Shown: positions 38,388-48,583 of the stretch, in pieces | How positions within the stretch are numbered: position 1 is the stretch's first letter | Layout: each line of letters starts with the position of its first letter | From: a virus | Lineage: Duplodnaviria; Caudoviricetes | IMG/VR virus record: IMGVR_UViG_3300032335_001357 | Location: 1-63,887 of that record | Reading direction: 5' to 3' (one strand) | Length of the DNA: 63,887 bases | Position numbers and translations under genes: made by a program | The notes under the pieces: generated by a model | Seen by the model: only the letters and a program-made list of their open reading frames with translations | What the model was told of the DNA's origin: nothing | Databases searched by the model: none

Positions 38388-40071
38388 ACCCCGGTTGTGG
38401 TACGTGCCTGGTTCGGGCGGACAGTGGGTCAATTACTTGCTGTGGTGTTTGACTCGCGGCCGTGTCATGACTGGTAGATTTGATCACTTTGAATTCCCAC
38501 AGTTGTTGCAGCGTGACTCAGACTATGAGAGCATGGTTGAGTTTGTAGAGCACACTGACGATCCTGCCGCAGCCAACATCTGCCTAGGGTCACAACAGGC
38601 CTGGTTGAATTTCTATGTGAATTTACTGACCAAAAAAAATCTCACACAATCATGGGAAGATTCTGCCAGGTATCTAGACGAGCTTGCACAACGCAATATT
38701 GAATTCACGCTTGAGTGGACAGATATTTGGCAGCGGCCTGAAAAGTTTTTACAAGATCTAGGCAGCCTTATTGGGCAAGAACTGCCCTACAACTGGATTG
38801 CCAAACAAGCAATTGCACAATATAGTCGAACCTGTGTGTGGATGCAGCCCAGTCAATTTGATCACAATCAACATCTACTGTTGCCCAGACATCTTAGACT
38901 GGCACCGGCCCGACTGCGACACAGTGTGTATTATCCACCTGTCATGCAGAATCCTGCTGACAGTGGCAACTATTGCCCCTTGATCTACAACAGTGTGTAT
39001 GTGGAAAAAGTTGGCCAAGATCAAGTGAGACTGTCGGCATGCTGTATCAATCATGTGGGACCCGACACACAAAAAATAGATTTTGCAACAGATCGTTACC
39101 TAATGCAGCAGCGAGATGTGGTCAGTCGTGGACTGCCAGCTGACGGTTGTCGTCACTGCTACAATGCCACTGTAAACTGGCAAACCAGTGCCATTGTGAC
39201 TTGGTCTGGACGCCCAGTCAATCATCACGCACCGCGCATACAAAAACTTGACTACAACGTGGATCCTATCTGCAATGCACGATGCATACAATGCAGCAGC
39301 TACTACAGCAGCGCATGGTTGGCCGAAGATCAACAGCACGGCGATGACTCAAAGACCAGACAGTTTGGCCAGACACGCCGAGGCCGCCCCTGGCGAGAGC
39401 TAGATCTTGAAGACCTTGAATATCTCTATATCAATGGTGGTGAGCCCATGCTCAGCAGTGAACCACAAGAAATTCTACAACATCTAGATCAACAGGGGCA
39501 GCTAGAAAATTTGCAATTTGCTTTCAACACCAACGGCAGCATTAAACCCAATGATGATCTAATGTTGTTGTTGAAACGTTGTCGCGGTGTGGTGATCAAT
39601 TTCAGCATTGATGGCATTGAGAATGAATTTGAATACATCCGCAATCCTTTGCTGTGGCAAGAAGTGTGTGACAATGTGCAGTATCTGTCGCAGGCCAGTG
39701 ATCGATTCAATCTGCATGTGGCATACACTGTGGGCATTCACAATATTGACTGTGTGGATCGCACCATGGCTTGGACCAAATCCACCAATGCTTGTCTGAA
39801 TCGCCCCATAAAATTTACCACACACCTCTGCAACGGTCCCTTGGATCTCACCAATGCTGAACCTGCGCTCAAGCAGGTTTGGTTAGATCGACTTGATGGA
39901 TCCCAACCCTGGCACCAACAGGTGCGTCCGGCGTTGCTGGGGCCAGTGGCACCACAATTTCGTACTTGGCAACAGCATTTAGAGATGATTGACCAGCGAC
40001 GCAATTTGAACTGGCAGCACAGCTTGCCTGGCCTTTTTGAGTCTTGGAAATTATCACAGGGCCATGTATAA
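38305..40071 (+). CDS. Radical SAM protein fused to an N-terminal sulfotransferase-like domain (start may be 38368)
   Basis: CNARCIQC, NGGEP, NTNG, FSIDG; preceded by a Cys-rich twitch-like region. Confidence 0.85.
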   Translation: MKNTRAALIAVNPKDSVSELTVLAVKNKPRLWYVPGSGGQWVNYLLWCLTRGRVMTGRFDHFEFPQLLQRDSDYESMVEFVEHTDDPAAANICLGSQQAWLNFYVNLLTKKNLTQSWEDSARYLDELAQRNIEFTLEWTDIWQRPEKFLQDLGSLIGQELPYNWIAKQAIAQYSRTCVWMQPSQFDHNQHLLLPRHLRLAPARLRHSVYYPPVMQNPADSGNYCPLIYNSVYVEKVGQDQVRLSACCINHVGPDTQKIDFATDRYLMQQRDVVSRGLPADGCRHCYNATVNWQTSAIVTWSGRPVNHHAPRIQKLDYNVDPICNARCIQCSSYYSSAWLAEDQQHGDDSKTRQFGQTRRGRPWRELDLEDLEYLYINGGEPMLSSEPQEILQHLDQQGQLENLQFAFNTNGSIKPNDDLMLLLKRCRGVVINFSIDGIENEFEYIRNPLLWQEVCDNVQYLSQASDRFNLHVAYTVGIHNIDCVDRTMAWTKSTNACLNRPIKFTTHLCNGPLDLTNAEPALKQVWLDRLDGSQPWHQQVRPALLGPVAPQFRTWQQHLEMIDQRRNLNWQHSLPGLFESWKLSQGHV

Positions 40072-40107
40072 TCTGTAAATATATGCACTTAACCCTTTGG
40101 AGAAAAC

Positions 40108-41034
40108 ATGGCTGACGCCCAACCCACCACTACCCCGCCCAGCAATGCGCTGACAACCAATCAAACAAATATCCAAGTCAATTTGGACTATTTGCGTACC
40201 ACTCGTGTGCATTTTTGCATGCCTTGTTACGGCGGACAGCTAACCGAACAGACATTCATGAGCTACATCAAGTGGGCCAATACAGCACGCCAACTAGGCT
40301 TGGACTGGACTGTGGAAACCATGACCAATGAGAGCTTGATCAGTCGTGCTAGAAATACTCTTACTGCCAAGTTCTTGCACACCAAAGAAAGCACACACTT
40401 GATGTTTGTGGATGCTGACATTGGCTGGGAGCCTTGGCACTTGCTGGTAATGCTGGACGCACAGAAAGACGTCATAGGCGGCTTGTACCCCATGAAGTCA
40501 CTGCCGGTAAAATGGTGTGTGAATGGCTTGCCAGGTTTTGTGGAAAAACCTGAAGATCCCTTGATCGAAGTCACCAAGACCGGTACTGGTTTTATGTTGA
40601 TCAAGCGCAAAGTGTTTGAAAAGCTGGATCAGCATCCGGCTGTGAGACCGTTCAACAACGACATTGGTTTGCCACCTGAACTCAATCCCTACATGAAAAC
40701 CTACTTTGACACTGCTGTGCGTGAAAATCGTTACTACAGTGAAGACTGGACTTTCTGTGAAAACTGGCGTGATTTGGGCGGCCAAGTGTTTGTGGACAAG
40801 CGAGTGTTGTTGCGCCACACCGGCACCTATGTGTTTGATGGTACCACACAGCAAAAACTCTATGAGGATCTAGCAGCCGTGATCAACCCTGTGACTGCAC
40901 CCACTGCGCCACAATTGCAGCCCCAAGGTGGACACGATATTGAAGATACTGTGTTGCAGGCCGAACCTGCCAGCACAGTGCTGGCCAGCAACATTGACAG
41001 CGAAGACAAAAGCACAGAAGCAACTGCTGACTGA
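40108..41034 (+). CDS. GT-A fold glycosyltransferase-like protein
   Basis: ESLISRARN, HLMFVDADIGW, GTGFMLIKR, YSEDW.FC; TAAATA at 40076-81. Confidence 0.8.
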   Translation: MADAQPTTTPPSNALTTNQTNIQVNLDYLRTTRVHFCMPCYGGQLTEQTFMSYIKWANTARQLGLDWTVETMTNESLISRARNTLTAKFLHTKESTHLMFVDADIGWEPWHLLVMLDAQKDVIGGLYPMKSLPVKWCVNGLPGFVEKPEDPLIEVTKTGTGFMLIKRKVFEKLDQHPAVRPFNNDIGLPPELNPYMKTYFDTAVRENRYYSEDWTFCENWRDLGGQVFVDKRVLLRHTGTYVFDGTTQQKLYEDLAAVINPVTAPTAPQLQPQGGHDIEDTVLQAEPASTVLASNIDSEDKSTEATAD

Positions 41035-41051
41035 CCCATAAATACTCGGTT

Positions 41052-44000
41052 ATGAATATCACCGAGTTAGATCAGTTCAGCTTAGCCGACACAGTAAAAT
41101 TCCATGATCGTCTCAACCCCCGACTGTGGGGGCGGGACGAACATCTATTGCCCGAAGTTCAAGAACGGCTCATGGCCATTGCGGATGATTTTCGCGAATT
41201 CTTGGGCGTGGCAGATCTTGATGTAGAGGATATCACTGTGAGCGGCAGCAATGCAGCCTACAGTTATACCCCACAGTCAGACATTGATCTGCATCTTGTG
41301 GTGCGCCTGCCTGAAGCCAACGCTGATGTCTTGCGCGAACTGTTTGCGGCCAAGAAATATCAGTACAACGACGAACACGACATTCGCATTGGCGGCGCTG
41401 ATGTAGAACTGTATGTTCAACCCAGTGGCGAGCCACACATCAGTCAAGGCATCTACAGTGTAAAAAATCAAGACTGGATTCAGGTTCCGCGACGACGTCA
41501 GCCTGAACTGGACGACACTTGTGTGGCACACAAAGCAGAAGATCTCCAGCAACGCATTGGGGCAGCATTAGAGCGTGGTGACGAAACGGCCATGCAACGA
41601 CTGTGGAGCAAAATCAAGACCATGCGCCAGACTGGCCTGGAGCAGCAGGGCGAATTTGGCTGTGACAACTTGGCCTTCAAGACCTTGCGACGCACCGGTG
41701 ACCTAGAGCGGCTGAAAAAGGCCCTGACTCGTGCACACGACGAACGACTGAGTTTGGCCGAACGTCGACGCAAAAAGAAACGCACACGCTATGCCTACGG
41801 CGGCTACTGGGTACCAGGTTTTGCATTTGGATCTGAAAATGACAGTGGTGGGGGTGACGGCGGTGGTGAGAGCATTATGCGTGAAGCCAGCCGTGATCGT
41901 GAGATTCTGTCACAGTTCATGCAGTATGTGATTGATCGCCTGAACATTGATCCTGTGCCACGTATTTTGCTGCACAAAAATTCACAGTGGAGCGAAAGCA
42001 ATCACAGCTTTGGTCGGTACGACCCTGAGTCAACCACGCTGCATGTGAGCTTGGCTGATCGCCACATCATGGATGTCATGCGTACCGCTGCACACGAACT
42101 CACACACTGTCGTCAACATCAAACTGGTCCCATGCCCAGCAATGCTGGCAACACTGGGTCAGCCTGGGAAAATCAAGCACATGCCCAAGCTGGTGTCATC
42201 ATGAGAGATTTTGCTGCTGCACATCCTGAACTTTTTGACGCTGCTGAACTACAAGAAAACGCATCAGGATACATTCCCACTGCTGGTCAAAAAAATGACC
42301 CACGCTACAAAATGGCGCTGACCGTGGACATAAAACCTGGTGAGTTAGGACGGCAGGCCAACAAGATGTCCTTGAAAACCAACAGTCAAGGTCGGCCGGG
42401 CTTGCTGATGAAAACTGTGAACTTGCGCGAAAGTCGGGTAAAAGATCTCAACGAACCTCGTGGCCCAGAAACTCCACCCACTATGCCAGCAGGCACAGTG
42501 CGAGTAGATGTGTCAGACGTGTACGACTGGTACAAATTGGGTCAACACATTTCCAATCTCAAAGGTCTGGGACAGCATGATTTTGGCAAGGGACCACCCA
42601 GTGCTATCATAAGTTTTGGTGACGAAGAAACCGAACACAAATATATCCAAGATCTTGAACGTACTGGGTTAGATGTCACTGACATTGATCCTAAAGATCC
42701 CAAACAGCCTGTAGGTATGCGCAAGATCAAAACTGATCCCACATACAATGTTGACGAGGATGATGTTGTAGAAAGCCTGCGACAAGAATTTGCCTTGCTG
42801 GAAGATGAGTACCTGGGCGAAATCAACATGAGCACCGGCAGCCTGCGACAGGAAGCTGCCCGTACTGGTGCCATTGCTGGCATGGAATTTGAAATGATTG
42901 TGCCCAACACCGAAAACGATGACGGTGACTTGGAACCAGACTATGATCAGGACGAACGTTGCCGCAGCATTGATGATGCTGTGCAGTTTTTCCATGATGG
43001 CGACTACAATGGTCGTAGAGAAGTAGAACGCCTGCGTGAAAGAATGCGAAATGATTTCCAGGAATGGCTGGATGACAAACTCTATCAAGACTGGGAACGC
43101 AGTGGCGAAGAATACCTTGAAGAATGGGTGCCCAACAATGTAGACGAATCTGAGTGGAATCCCGAAGGTCTGGAGGGCGAGGCTCGTGAGGAAGCACTAG
43201 AGGTATACATTGCCAACCTGCATAACGATCCTGGCAGCAGCGATGCTTTTGATGAGTTCCGAGAAGAAAATTTTGAAAGTTACGACGAAAGCGACTGGCT
43301 GGATGCCGAAGACTTGGATCGCATGAGCGGTGTAGAAAATGCCTATGAGATTTCTTGGCCATACTGGACCACTGTTGGTGGTGGTGAGGCCAGCATTGAA
43401 GATGTGGCTGGTGATTTTGAAAGCCATATTGGACGTACCACTCGAGCCAGTGGCAGTTACCATTCGGGACGAGTACAACGTCCCGGACCCAATGCCTTGC
43501 ACTATGTGGTAGAGCCCGATGGCAGCTTGGATGGCGACAACCCTGGTGACACTGGCCTAGAGTTTGTGTCACCTCCGCTGCCCATAGATGAAATACTCAG
43601 CGACTTGAACCAAGTCAAAACATGGGCCAAGGAATACGGTTGCTATACCAATGACTCCACTGGTTTGCATATCAACATATCTGTGCCCAACTACAGCAGA
43701 GAGAATCTGGACTTTGTGAAACTGGCCCTGCTCATGGGCGACAAGTATGTGCTGGATCTGTTTGGCCGAGCATCAAACACCTATGCCAAGTCGGCCTTGG
43801 ACATGGTCAAAAGCAATGTGCGCAACAACCCTGACTCGGCACAACAACTGCTGGACAAAATGAAAGGCAATTTGGACAGCTTGGCCACCAAGGCCATACA
43901 CTCAGGCGTCACTGAAAAGTTTACCAGTATCAATACCAAGGACGGACACATTGAATTCCGCTCGCCCGGCGGTGATTGGTTAGATCAAAACTTTGATCAA

Positions 44001-45572
44001 ATTGAAAACACTCTGTTGCGATTCACAGTGGCCATGAGTGCTGCTTTGAATCCCGAAGCATATCGCGAAGAGTACTTGAAGAAGCTGTACAAGCTGTTGA
44101 CTGAAGACAACAAAGACGACTCTGACACTATCAAATATTTTTCTGAGTACGTGGCCGGCAAAATTCCCCGGGCTGCCTTGCGTAGCTTTGTCAAACAGGC
44201 ACAATTGACCCGCCAGGTCAAGCGCGACAAAACTGGCGGTAAAAAGATGTGGTGGCGTGTGGGTCGCCCCGGCTATGGTGCTAGTGCAGAAGTTGTGGCC
44301 ACCACCAAAGATGAAGCCATTGCGCTGGGCAAGAAAGAATATCCAGACTGGGCGTCAGCGAAGGACATGACTGCTACCCCGCTTCGTCCATATGAAGAAG
44401 CTGAAACAAAACCGGTTGAAGGCAACTGGGGTATTTGGATCCGTGCAAACGACCGCTTTGCCAATCAGCCTGGTTCATACTCAAGAAGCGAAACACCACC
44501 ACTGATGAGATTCCCGAGTCGTGCTGCTGCTGAACTATGGATAGAACAACAACGTAACACTCGTCCCAACATGCGAAGTGACATTGAAGTTCGCGAGATT
44601 GAACCGGCCGTTCAAGATACCGGCAGTACAACCTCTGGCAACTGGGGTGTTTGGGTACCAAGTCTTGACCGTTATGCCACTATAGGCAATTCAGGACCAA
44701 GAAGATTTGAAGGCAGAGCCGGAGCCGAAGCTTGGATTCAAGACTACAATCAAAGACATGCTGGCAATGATCTTGACCTACAGCCTCGCGAGATTGAGCC
44801 TGCTCGTGCCAGCAATGGCAATCAAACTCAGTTGAGTCAAACTGACATGGAAAATCGCATGGAATTGCCGGATCAAACAGGCGATGCCAACTATGAAATC
44901 ATTGACCGCAGAACTGGGCGTAGAGTGTTTGTGATGATTGCCAACACTGAATATGATGCTCGTAGAAAATACGCAGACTGGTTGTCAGCAGCCGGCTATC
45001 CAATAGAAACAGAGGATTATGGCTTTAGAGAAATAGCATTACCAGGATCTACACTAGACCTACAACGCCAACGAGCTGCACAAGAACCTCAAGATGTAAA
45101 CCCTTTAAGGCCAACTGGTCCTGGGCCATGGGAAGTGGCCAACCGAGCCAACAATCAAGTTTACTTCAACCCACCCAGCACATATCGACGCAACGCAGAA
45201 TCTGAAGCACGAACTTGGTTGAGTCGCAACGGACACAATCCCAATGAGTTTGAAGTGAGAACTCGTCAAACCGCCAGCAACGCAGATGTAGCAAGCCAAA
45301 ACCAATACCAATACACATCCACCCCAATTCCCGGGGTACAAGACGTTGAATTAGATATCCCATTGGCACCACGGACCTTGACCCGTCCTGGGCAAGGTCA
45401 ACAACAGTGGACTGGTGCATGGATTATTCAAGATCCCACTGGCCAAGAGCTACATCGATTCTCAGGCATAGGCAACAATCAAAGCGACGCTAACCGTGTG
45501 GCCATGAACTGGCTACGACAAGTACCGGGCCGATTACGAGCTGGTGTTACAGTGGTACCGGAGATGAGATAA
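41052..45572 (+). CDS. Polyvalent protein: pol-beta-like nucleotidyltransferase, zincin, putative amidoligase and C-terminal repeats
   Basis: GSNA.Y.Y...SDIDLH; AHELTH; GMEFE / EPDGSL / GLEFVSPP / TNDSTGLHINIS / IEFRSPGG; TAAATA at 41039-44. Confidence 0.8.
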   Translation: MNITELDQFSLADTVKFHDRLNPRLWGRDEHLLPEVQERLMAIADDFREFLGVADLDVEDITVSGSNAAYSYTPQSDIDLHLVVRLPEANADVLRELFAAKKYQYNDEHDIRIGGADVELYVQPSGEPHISQGIYSVKNQDWIQVPRRRQPELDDTCVAHKAEDLQQRIGAALERGDETAMQRLWSKIKTMRQTGLEQQGEFGCDNLAFKTLRRTGDLERLKKALTRAHDERLSLAERRRKKKRTRYAYGGYWVPGFAFGSENDSGGGDGGGESIMREASRDREILSQFMQYVIDRLNIDPVPRILLHKNSQWSESNHSFGRYDPESTTLHVSLADRHIMDVMRTAAHELTHCRQHQTGPMPSNAGNTGSAWENQAHAQAGVIMRDFAAAHPELFDAAELQENASGYIPTAGQKNDPRYKMALTVDIKPGELGRQANKMSLKTNSQGRPGLLMKTVNLRESRVKDLNEPRGPETPPTMPAGTVRVDVSDVYDWYKLGQHISNLKGLGQHDFGKGPPSAIISFGDEETEHKYIQDLERTGLDVTDIDPKDPKQPVGMRKIKTDPTYNVDEDDVVESLRQEFALLEDEYLGEINMSTGSLRQEAARTGAIAGMEFEMIVPNTENDDGDLEPDYDQDERCRSIDDAVQFFHDGDYNGRREVERLRERMRNDFQEWLDDKLYQDWERSGEEYLEEWVPNNVDESEWNPEGLEGEAREEALEVYIANLHNDPGSSDAFDEFREENFESYDESDWLDAEDLDRMSGVENAYEISWPYWTTVGGGEASIEDVAGDFESHIGRTTRASGSYHSGRVQRPGPNALHYVVEPDGSLDGDNPGDTGLEFVSPPLPIDEILSDLNQVKTWAKEYGCYTNDSTGLHINISVPNYSRENLDFVKLALLMGDKYVLDLFGRASNTYAKSALDMVKSNVRNNPDSAQQLLDKMKGNLDSLATKAIHSGVTEKFTSINTKDGHIEFRSPGGDWLDQNFDQIENTLLRFTVAMSAALNPEAYREEYLKKLYKLLTEDNKDDSDTIKYFSEYVAGKIPRAALRSFVKQAQLTRQVKRDKTGGKKMWWRVGRPGYGASAEVVATTKDEAIALGKKEYPDWASAKDMTATPLRPYEEAETKPVEGNWGIWIRANDRFANQPGSYSRSETPPLMRFPSRAAAELWIEQQRNTRPNMRSDIEVREIEPAVQDTGSTTSGNWGVWVPSLDRYATIGNSGPRRFEGRAGAEAWIQDYNQRHAGNDLDLQPREIEPARASNGNQTQLSQTDMENRMELPDQTGDANYEIIDRRTGRRVFVMIANTEYDARRKYADWLSAAGYPIETEDYGFREIALPGSTLDLQRQRAAQEPQDVNPLRPTGPGPWEVANRANNQVYFNPPSTYRRNAESEARTWLSRNGHNPNEFEVRTRQTASNADVASQNQYQYTSTPIPGVQDVELDIPLAPRTLTRPGQGQQQWTGAWIIQDPTGQELHRFSGIGNNQSDANRVAMNWLRQVPGRLRAGVTVVPEMR

Positions 45573-46303
45573 TGCGAGCACAGCAATTCATACCTGAAAT
45601 AGACCGCATTGCTGCCAGCGATTACCGTGGTGGCAAAAACTATCTTGGCACCGGCGGCAGCGGCGTCAAACGGTTTCGAAAGCTGCCAGGTGGTTCAGGA
45701 TTTCTATACACCATACAAGAGGCCGGCCACGAACCCTGGATCAAACTGTGGGATCCTCGTGGTGCCGAAGCTCGACCTGGACAGCCACAGATCATTGGCA
45801 GGCTGACACTGGAACAACCATATGGGTTTCCTTTGGCCAAGGCCTTGCAAGTGGGCACCATCACTGTGAGCGAAGACTATCGAGGTCAAGGCTTGGCCAA
45901 GGCCTTGTATGGCATTGTGTTGTCAATAATGAAACGTCCACTGGTGGCTGGCGATTCACAGACTCCAGGCGGACGTCAAAACTGGGTCAGTCTCAGCCAA
46001 ATCCCCGGTGTGGAAATGAAGGGCTATGTTGGCATTGGTGACGATGACTTAGACTACCGGGCAGCTGGCTGGGGTGGTTCTAGAGGCGACGTTGAAAAAA
46101 ACATTGATACCATCATGGGCAAGCTGGGTGGTCAATACATGGGTGCCAGCCCACGCGGCGGTAATCACTATTTTTCTTTTGATGTGCGACCTACCACCAC
46201 AGGTCGCGAACTTGAAGCCTATGTCAAGACCAATTTGTCAAAAGTTTATGGCAGTAGTTACAACGCCATGACTGGACTCTATGCTGTTTGGACCGGACAA
46301 TGA
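45572..46303 (+). CDS. GNAT acetyltransferase with MRAQQF leader
   Basis: VSEDYRGQGLAKALY motif A; paralogue of the module at 18492-19228. Confidence 0.75.
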   Translation: MRAQQFIPEIDRIAASDYRGGKNYLGTGGSGVKRFRKLPGGSGFLYTIQEAGHEPWIKLWDPRGAEARPGQPQIIGRLTLEQPYGFPLAKALQVGTITVSEDYRGQGLAKALYGIVLSIMKRPLVAGDSQTPGGRQNWVSLSQIPGVEMKGYVGIGDDDLDYRAAGWGGSRGDVEKNIDTIMGKLGGQYMGASPRGGNHYFSFDVRPTTTGRELEAYVKTNLSKVYGSSYNAMTGLYAVWTGQ

Positions 46304-47178
46304 GATTAAACGAATTTGTTGATGTTGTATCAGAGTCCTTGAGTCGTGTGGCCTATCACTACACCAATACCATGGCAGCTCTCAAAATTTTGCAAAGCGG
46401 TGAATTTGCTTTGAGCTCGGCTTTGGGCAGTGTGGAACAGCAGTACATGCCCCCAAGCCGACCCTACTTCATGAGCACCACTAGAACTCAACGTGGCGGT
46501 TATCATCAAAACGTCAGTCGGCGCGGTGTGTTGTTTGTGTTGGACGGTGACTGGTTCAATCAACGCTATAAAAGTGGTCCCATAGACTACTGGGGCAATC
46601 GTGGCACAGGCATAAGAGCCAGTGAAGCCGAAGACCGTGTGTACAGTGCTGAACCCACTATCCCCATTGGCGGTGTAACAGCCATACATGTTTTTTTGAA
46701 TGTTCAAGGCGAAGACCGTCAACAACAAGAACACGATCAATCCATTGTTCGTCAACTGTTGATTGCTGCCAAGACTCGTGGCATTCCAGCTTACTATTAT
46801 GATCGTGAGGATGCTTGGCAGGCTCTAGATACCCGACGCACTGCCAAGGTCAGTGGACTCACCGGATCAAGAAAGCCCGCATGGTATCGACCCATGCGTC
46901 GTCGTAGCTACATGCAAAACTGGCTGGAACTCATGCAGGCCACAGCACAGAATCAACTCAGCCGAGACGCAGACAAAACACGATACAATTTGAATTATGA
47001 CTATGATCGCCGAGCCGCTGCTGAAGCCTTGGCCAACGATATGTCAAATGCTCGCAAGCCTGACTCTGGTCAAGAGCGCGAAGACGCTGTCAAGATCATT
47101 CGCTACATGCAACAGCATCGATTGAACACCATTTCAGATTTTGTCAATCACATTGCTGCAAAATGGAGAGCCAAATGA
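46300..47178 (+). CDS. Possible ADP-ribosyltransferase-fold protein
   Basis: YHYT ... MSTTR ... EAEDR spacing resembles the ART catalytic strands; MRLNEF leader. Confidence 0.45.
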   Translation: MRLNEFVDVVSESLSRVAYHYTNTMAALKILQSGEFALSSALGSVEQQYMPPSRPYFMSTTRTQRGGYHQNVSRRGVLFVLDGDWFNQRYKSGPIDYWGNRGTGIRASEAEDRVYSAEPTIPIGGVTAIHVFLNVQGEDRQQQEHDQSIVRQLLIAAKTRGIPAYYYDREDAWQALDTRRTAKVSGLTGSRKPAWYRPMRRRSYMQNWLELMQATAQNQLSRDADKTRYNLNYDYDRRAAAEALANDMSNARKPDSGQEREDAVKIIRYMQQHRLNTISDFVNHIAAKWRAK

Positions 47179-47738
47179 GAGCCAACGAATTCACTGAGCC
47201 ACAAGCCGCTGGCTGCATACTGTATGCCGAGGACACAGGACGTTGGGGACTGCAACAACGATCAGACACTGTGAGTGATCCTGGTGTATGGTCAACCTGG
47301 GGCGGTGGGCGTGAGCCTGGCGAAACCTTGGAGCAATGTGTGCGCAGAGAATTGGCTGAAGAATCAGGATATCAAGGTCCTATCAAATTGGAGCCATTGG
47401 CCCGAAACTCTGGGTATGTGACCTTTATTGGTGTAGTGCCCAAAGAGTTTGAACCCAGGCCCTGTGACGAATGGAAAGACTATTGTTGGGTGGAATTGGG
47501 ACAGTGGCCCAATCCGTTACACCCAGGTGTGGCCTCTGCGTTGGAAAATGTTTACATCAAAGAAAACTTTGCCGATGGTCGAGTAAAGGGCAAAAGTCGC
47601 CCAGGACGAGTCAAACGTTCGGGTGCATCATGCTCGGGGTCAGTCACAGATCTACGAGCACGAGCAAAACGATACGGCGGCGAACGAGGCAAAATGTATC
47701 ACTGGTGCGCCAACATGAAAAGTGGCCGCCAAAAATAA
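47175..47738 (+). CDS. NUDIX hydrolase with C-terminal basic Cys module
   Basis: GGREPGETLEQCVRRELAEESG Nudix box; ENFADG...WCANMKSG tail. Confidence 0.88.
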   Translation: MRANEFTEPQAAGCILYAEDTGRWGLQQRSDTVSDPGVWSTWGGGREPGETLEQCVRRELAEESGYQGPIKLEPLARNSGYVTFIGVVPKEFEPRPCDEWKDYCWVELGQWPNPLHPGVASALENVYIKENFADGRVKGKSRPGRVKRSGASCSGSVTDLRARAKRYGGERGKMYHWCANMKSGRQK

Positions 47739-47755
47739 CATCAGATACATACTGA

Positions 47756-48583
47756 ATGTTAGACGTTATCACAGTGGTATTTCAAGACGAGCTTGGGGTG
47801 TTGCCTGTACAGGCTGCCAGCATGGCCCGCTATCTCAACGCCAATGACATTGGCACCGTTTGGGTCGTGGTCAATGATACCACAGATCTAGACAGTGTAA
47901 TTGATCCTGCTTGGTGGGGTCCTTTGCAAAATCGTGTGCGCATACATCATGTCAACACACACCAATACAACAACGGTTGGGTCACTCAACAGCTCTGTAA
48001 ATTGCTGACTGCGGCCGAGGCCACTCAGCCATGGAGCATGGTAGTGGATGCCAAGACTGTGTTTGTGCGCGACTGGCAGTTTTGTGACGTCATGACTGAT
48101 TCAGGCATGGCTGTGGGCACGCTGCCTATCTTTCCAGTGTTTGAACAAAGCCAACAGCTGATACAACAGTTGTTTGACATTGAATTTGATCAGCAACTGG
48201 GACCTGGCGGCGTACCATTCTTTTTCCACACCGAAACAGTGCAGAACATGATTGCAGACATTGAATCTTGTACCGATCAAGAGTTTGGACCATGGTTTCT
48301 CAGTCAAGGACGCATCACAGAATTCATGTTGTACTCGGGCTGGGTACTCAAACAACACGGCAGTTTTGAACCGCTGTATCACACCACACGATCGTTTGAC
48401 GTAGAAAATGTATGTCATAGTGAAGTCACAAGATTTGATCAAAAGCTAGAGCACATGCAGACACATCCGGTGCTCACAGTTAGTGTGCATCGTGAAGCCT
48501 GGCGTCAACTCACTGAACAACAGCAACAGCGTTATCGAAATTTTTTAATCGGTCGTGAACTTAAGGAAGCACAACAGTTATGA
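47756..48583 (+). CDS. Glycosyltransferase-like protein (DUF6492-like)
   Basis: GWVTQQLCKL, VVDAKTVF, TEF.LY. Confidence 0.6.
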   Translation: MLDVITVVFQDELGVLPVQAASMARYLNANDIGTVWVVVNDTTDLDSVIDPAWWGPLQNRVRIHHVNTHQYNNGWVTQQLCKLLTAAEATQPWSMVVDAKTVFVRDWQFCDVMTDSGMAVGTLPIFPVFEQSQQLIQQLFDIEFDQQLGPGGVPFFFHTETVQNMIADIESCTDQEFGPWFLSQGRITEFMLYSGWVLKQHGSFEPLYHTTRSFDVENVCHSEVTRFDQKLEHMQTHPVLTVSVHREAWRQLTEQQQQRYRNFLIGRELKEAQQL

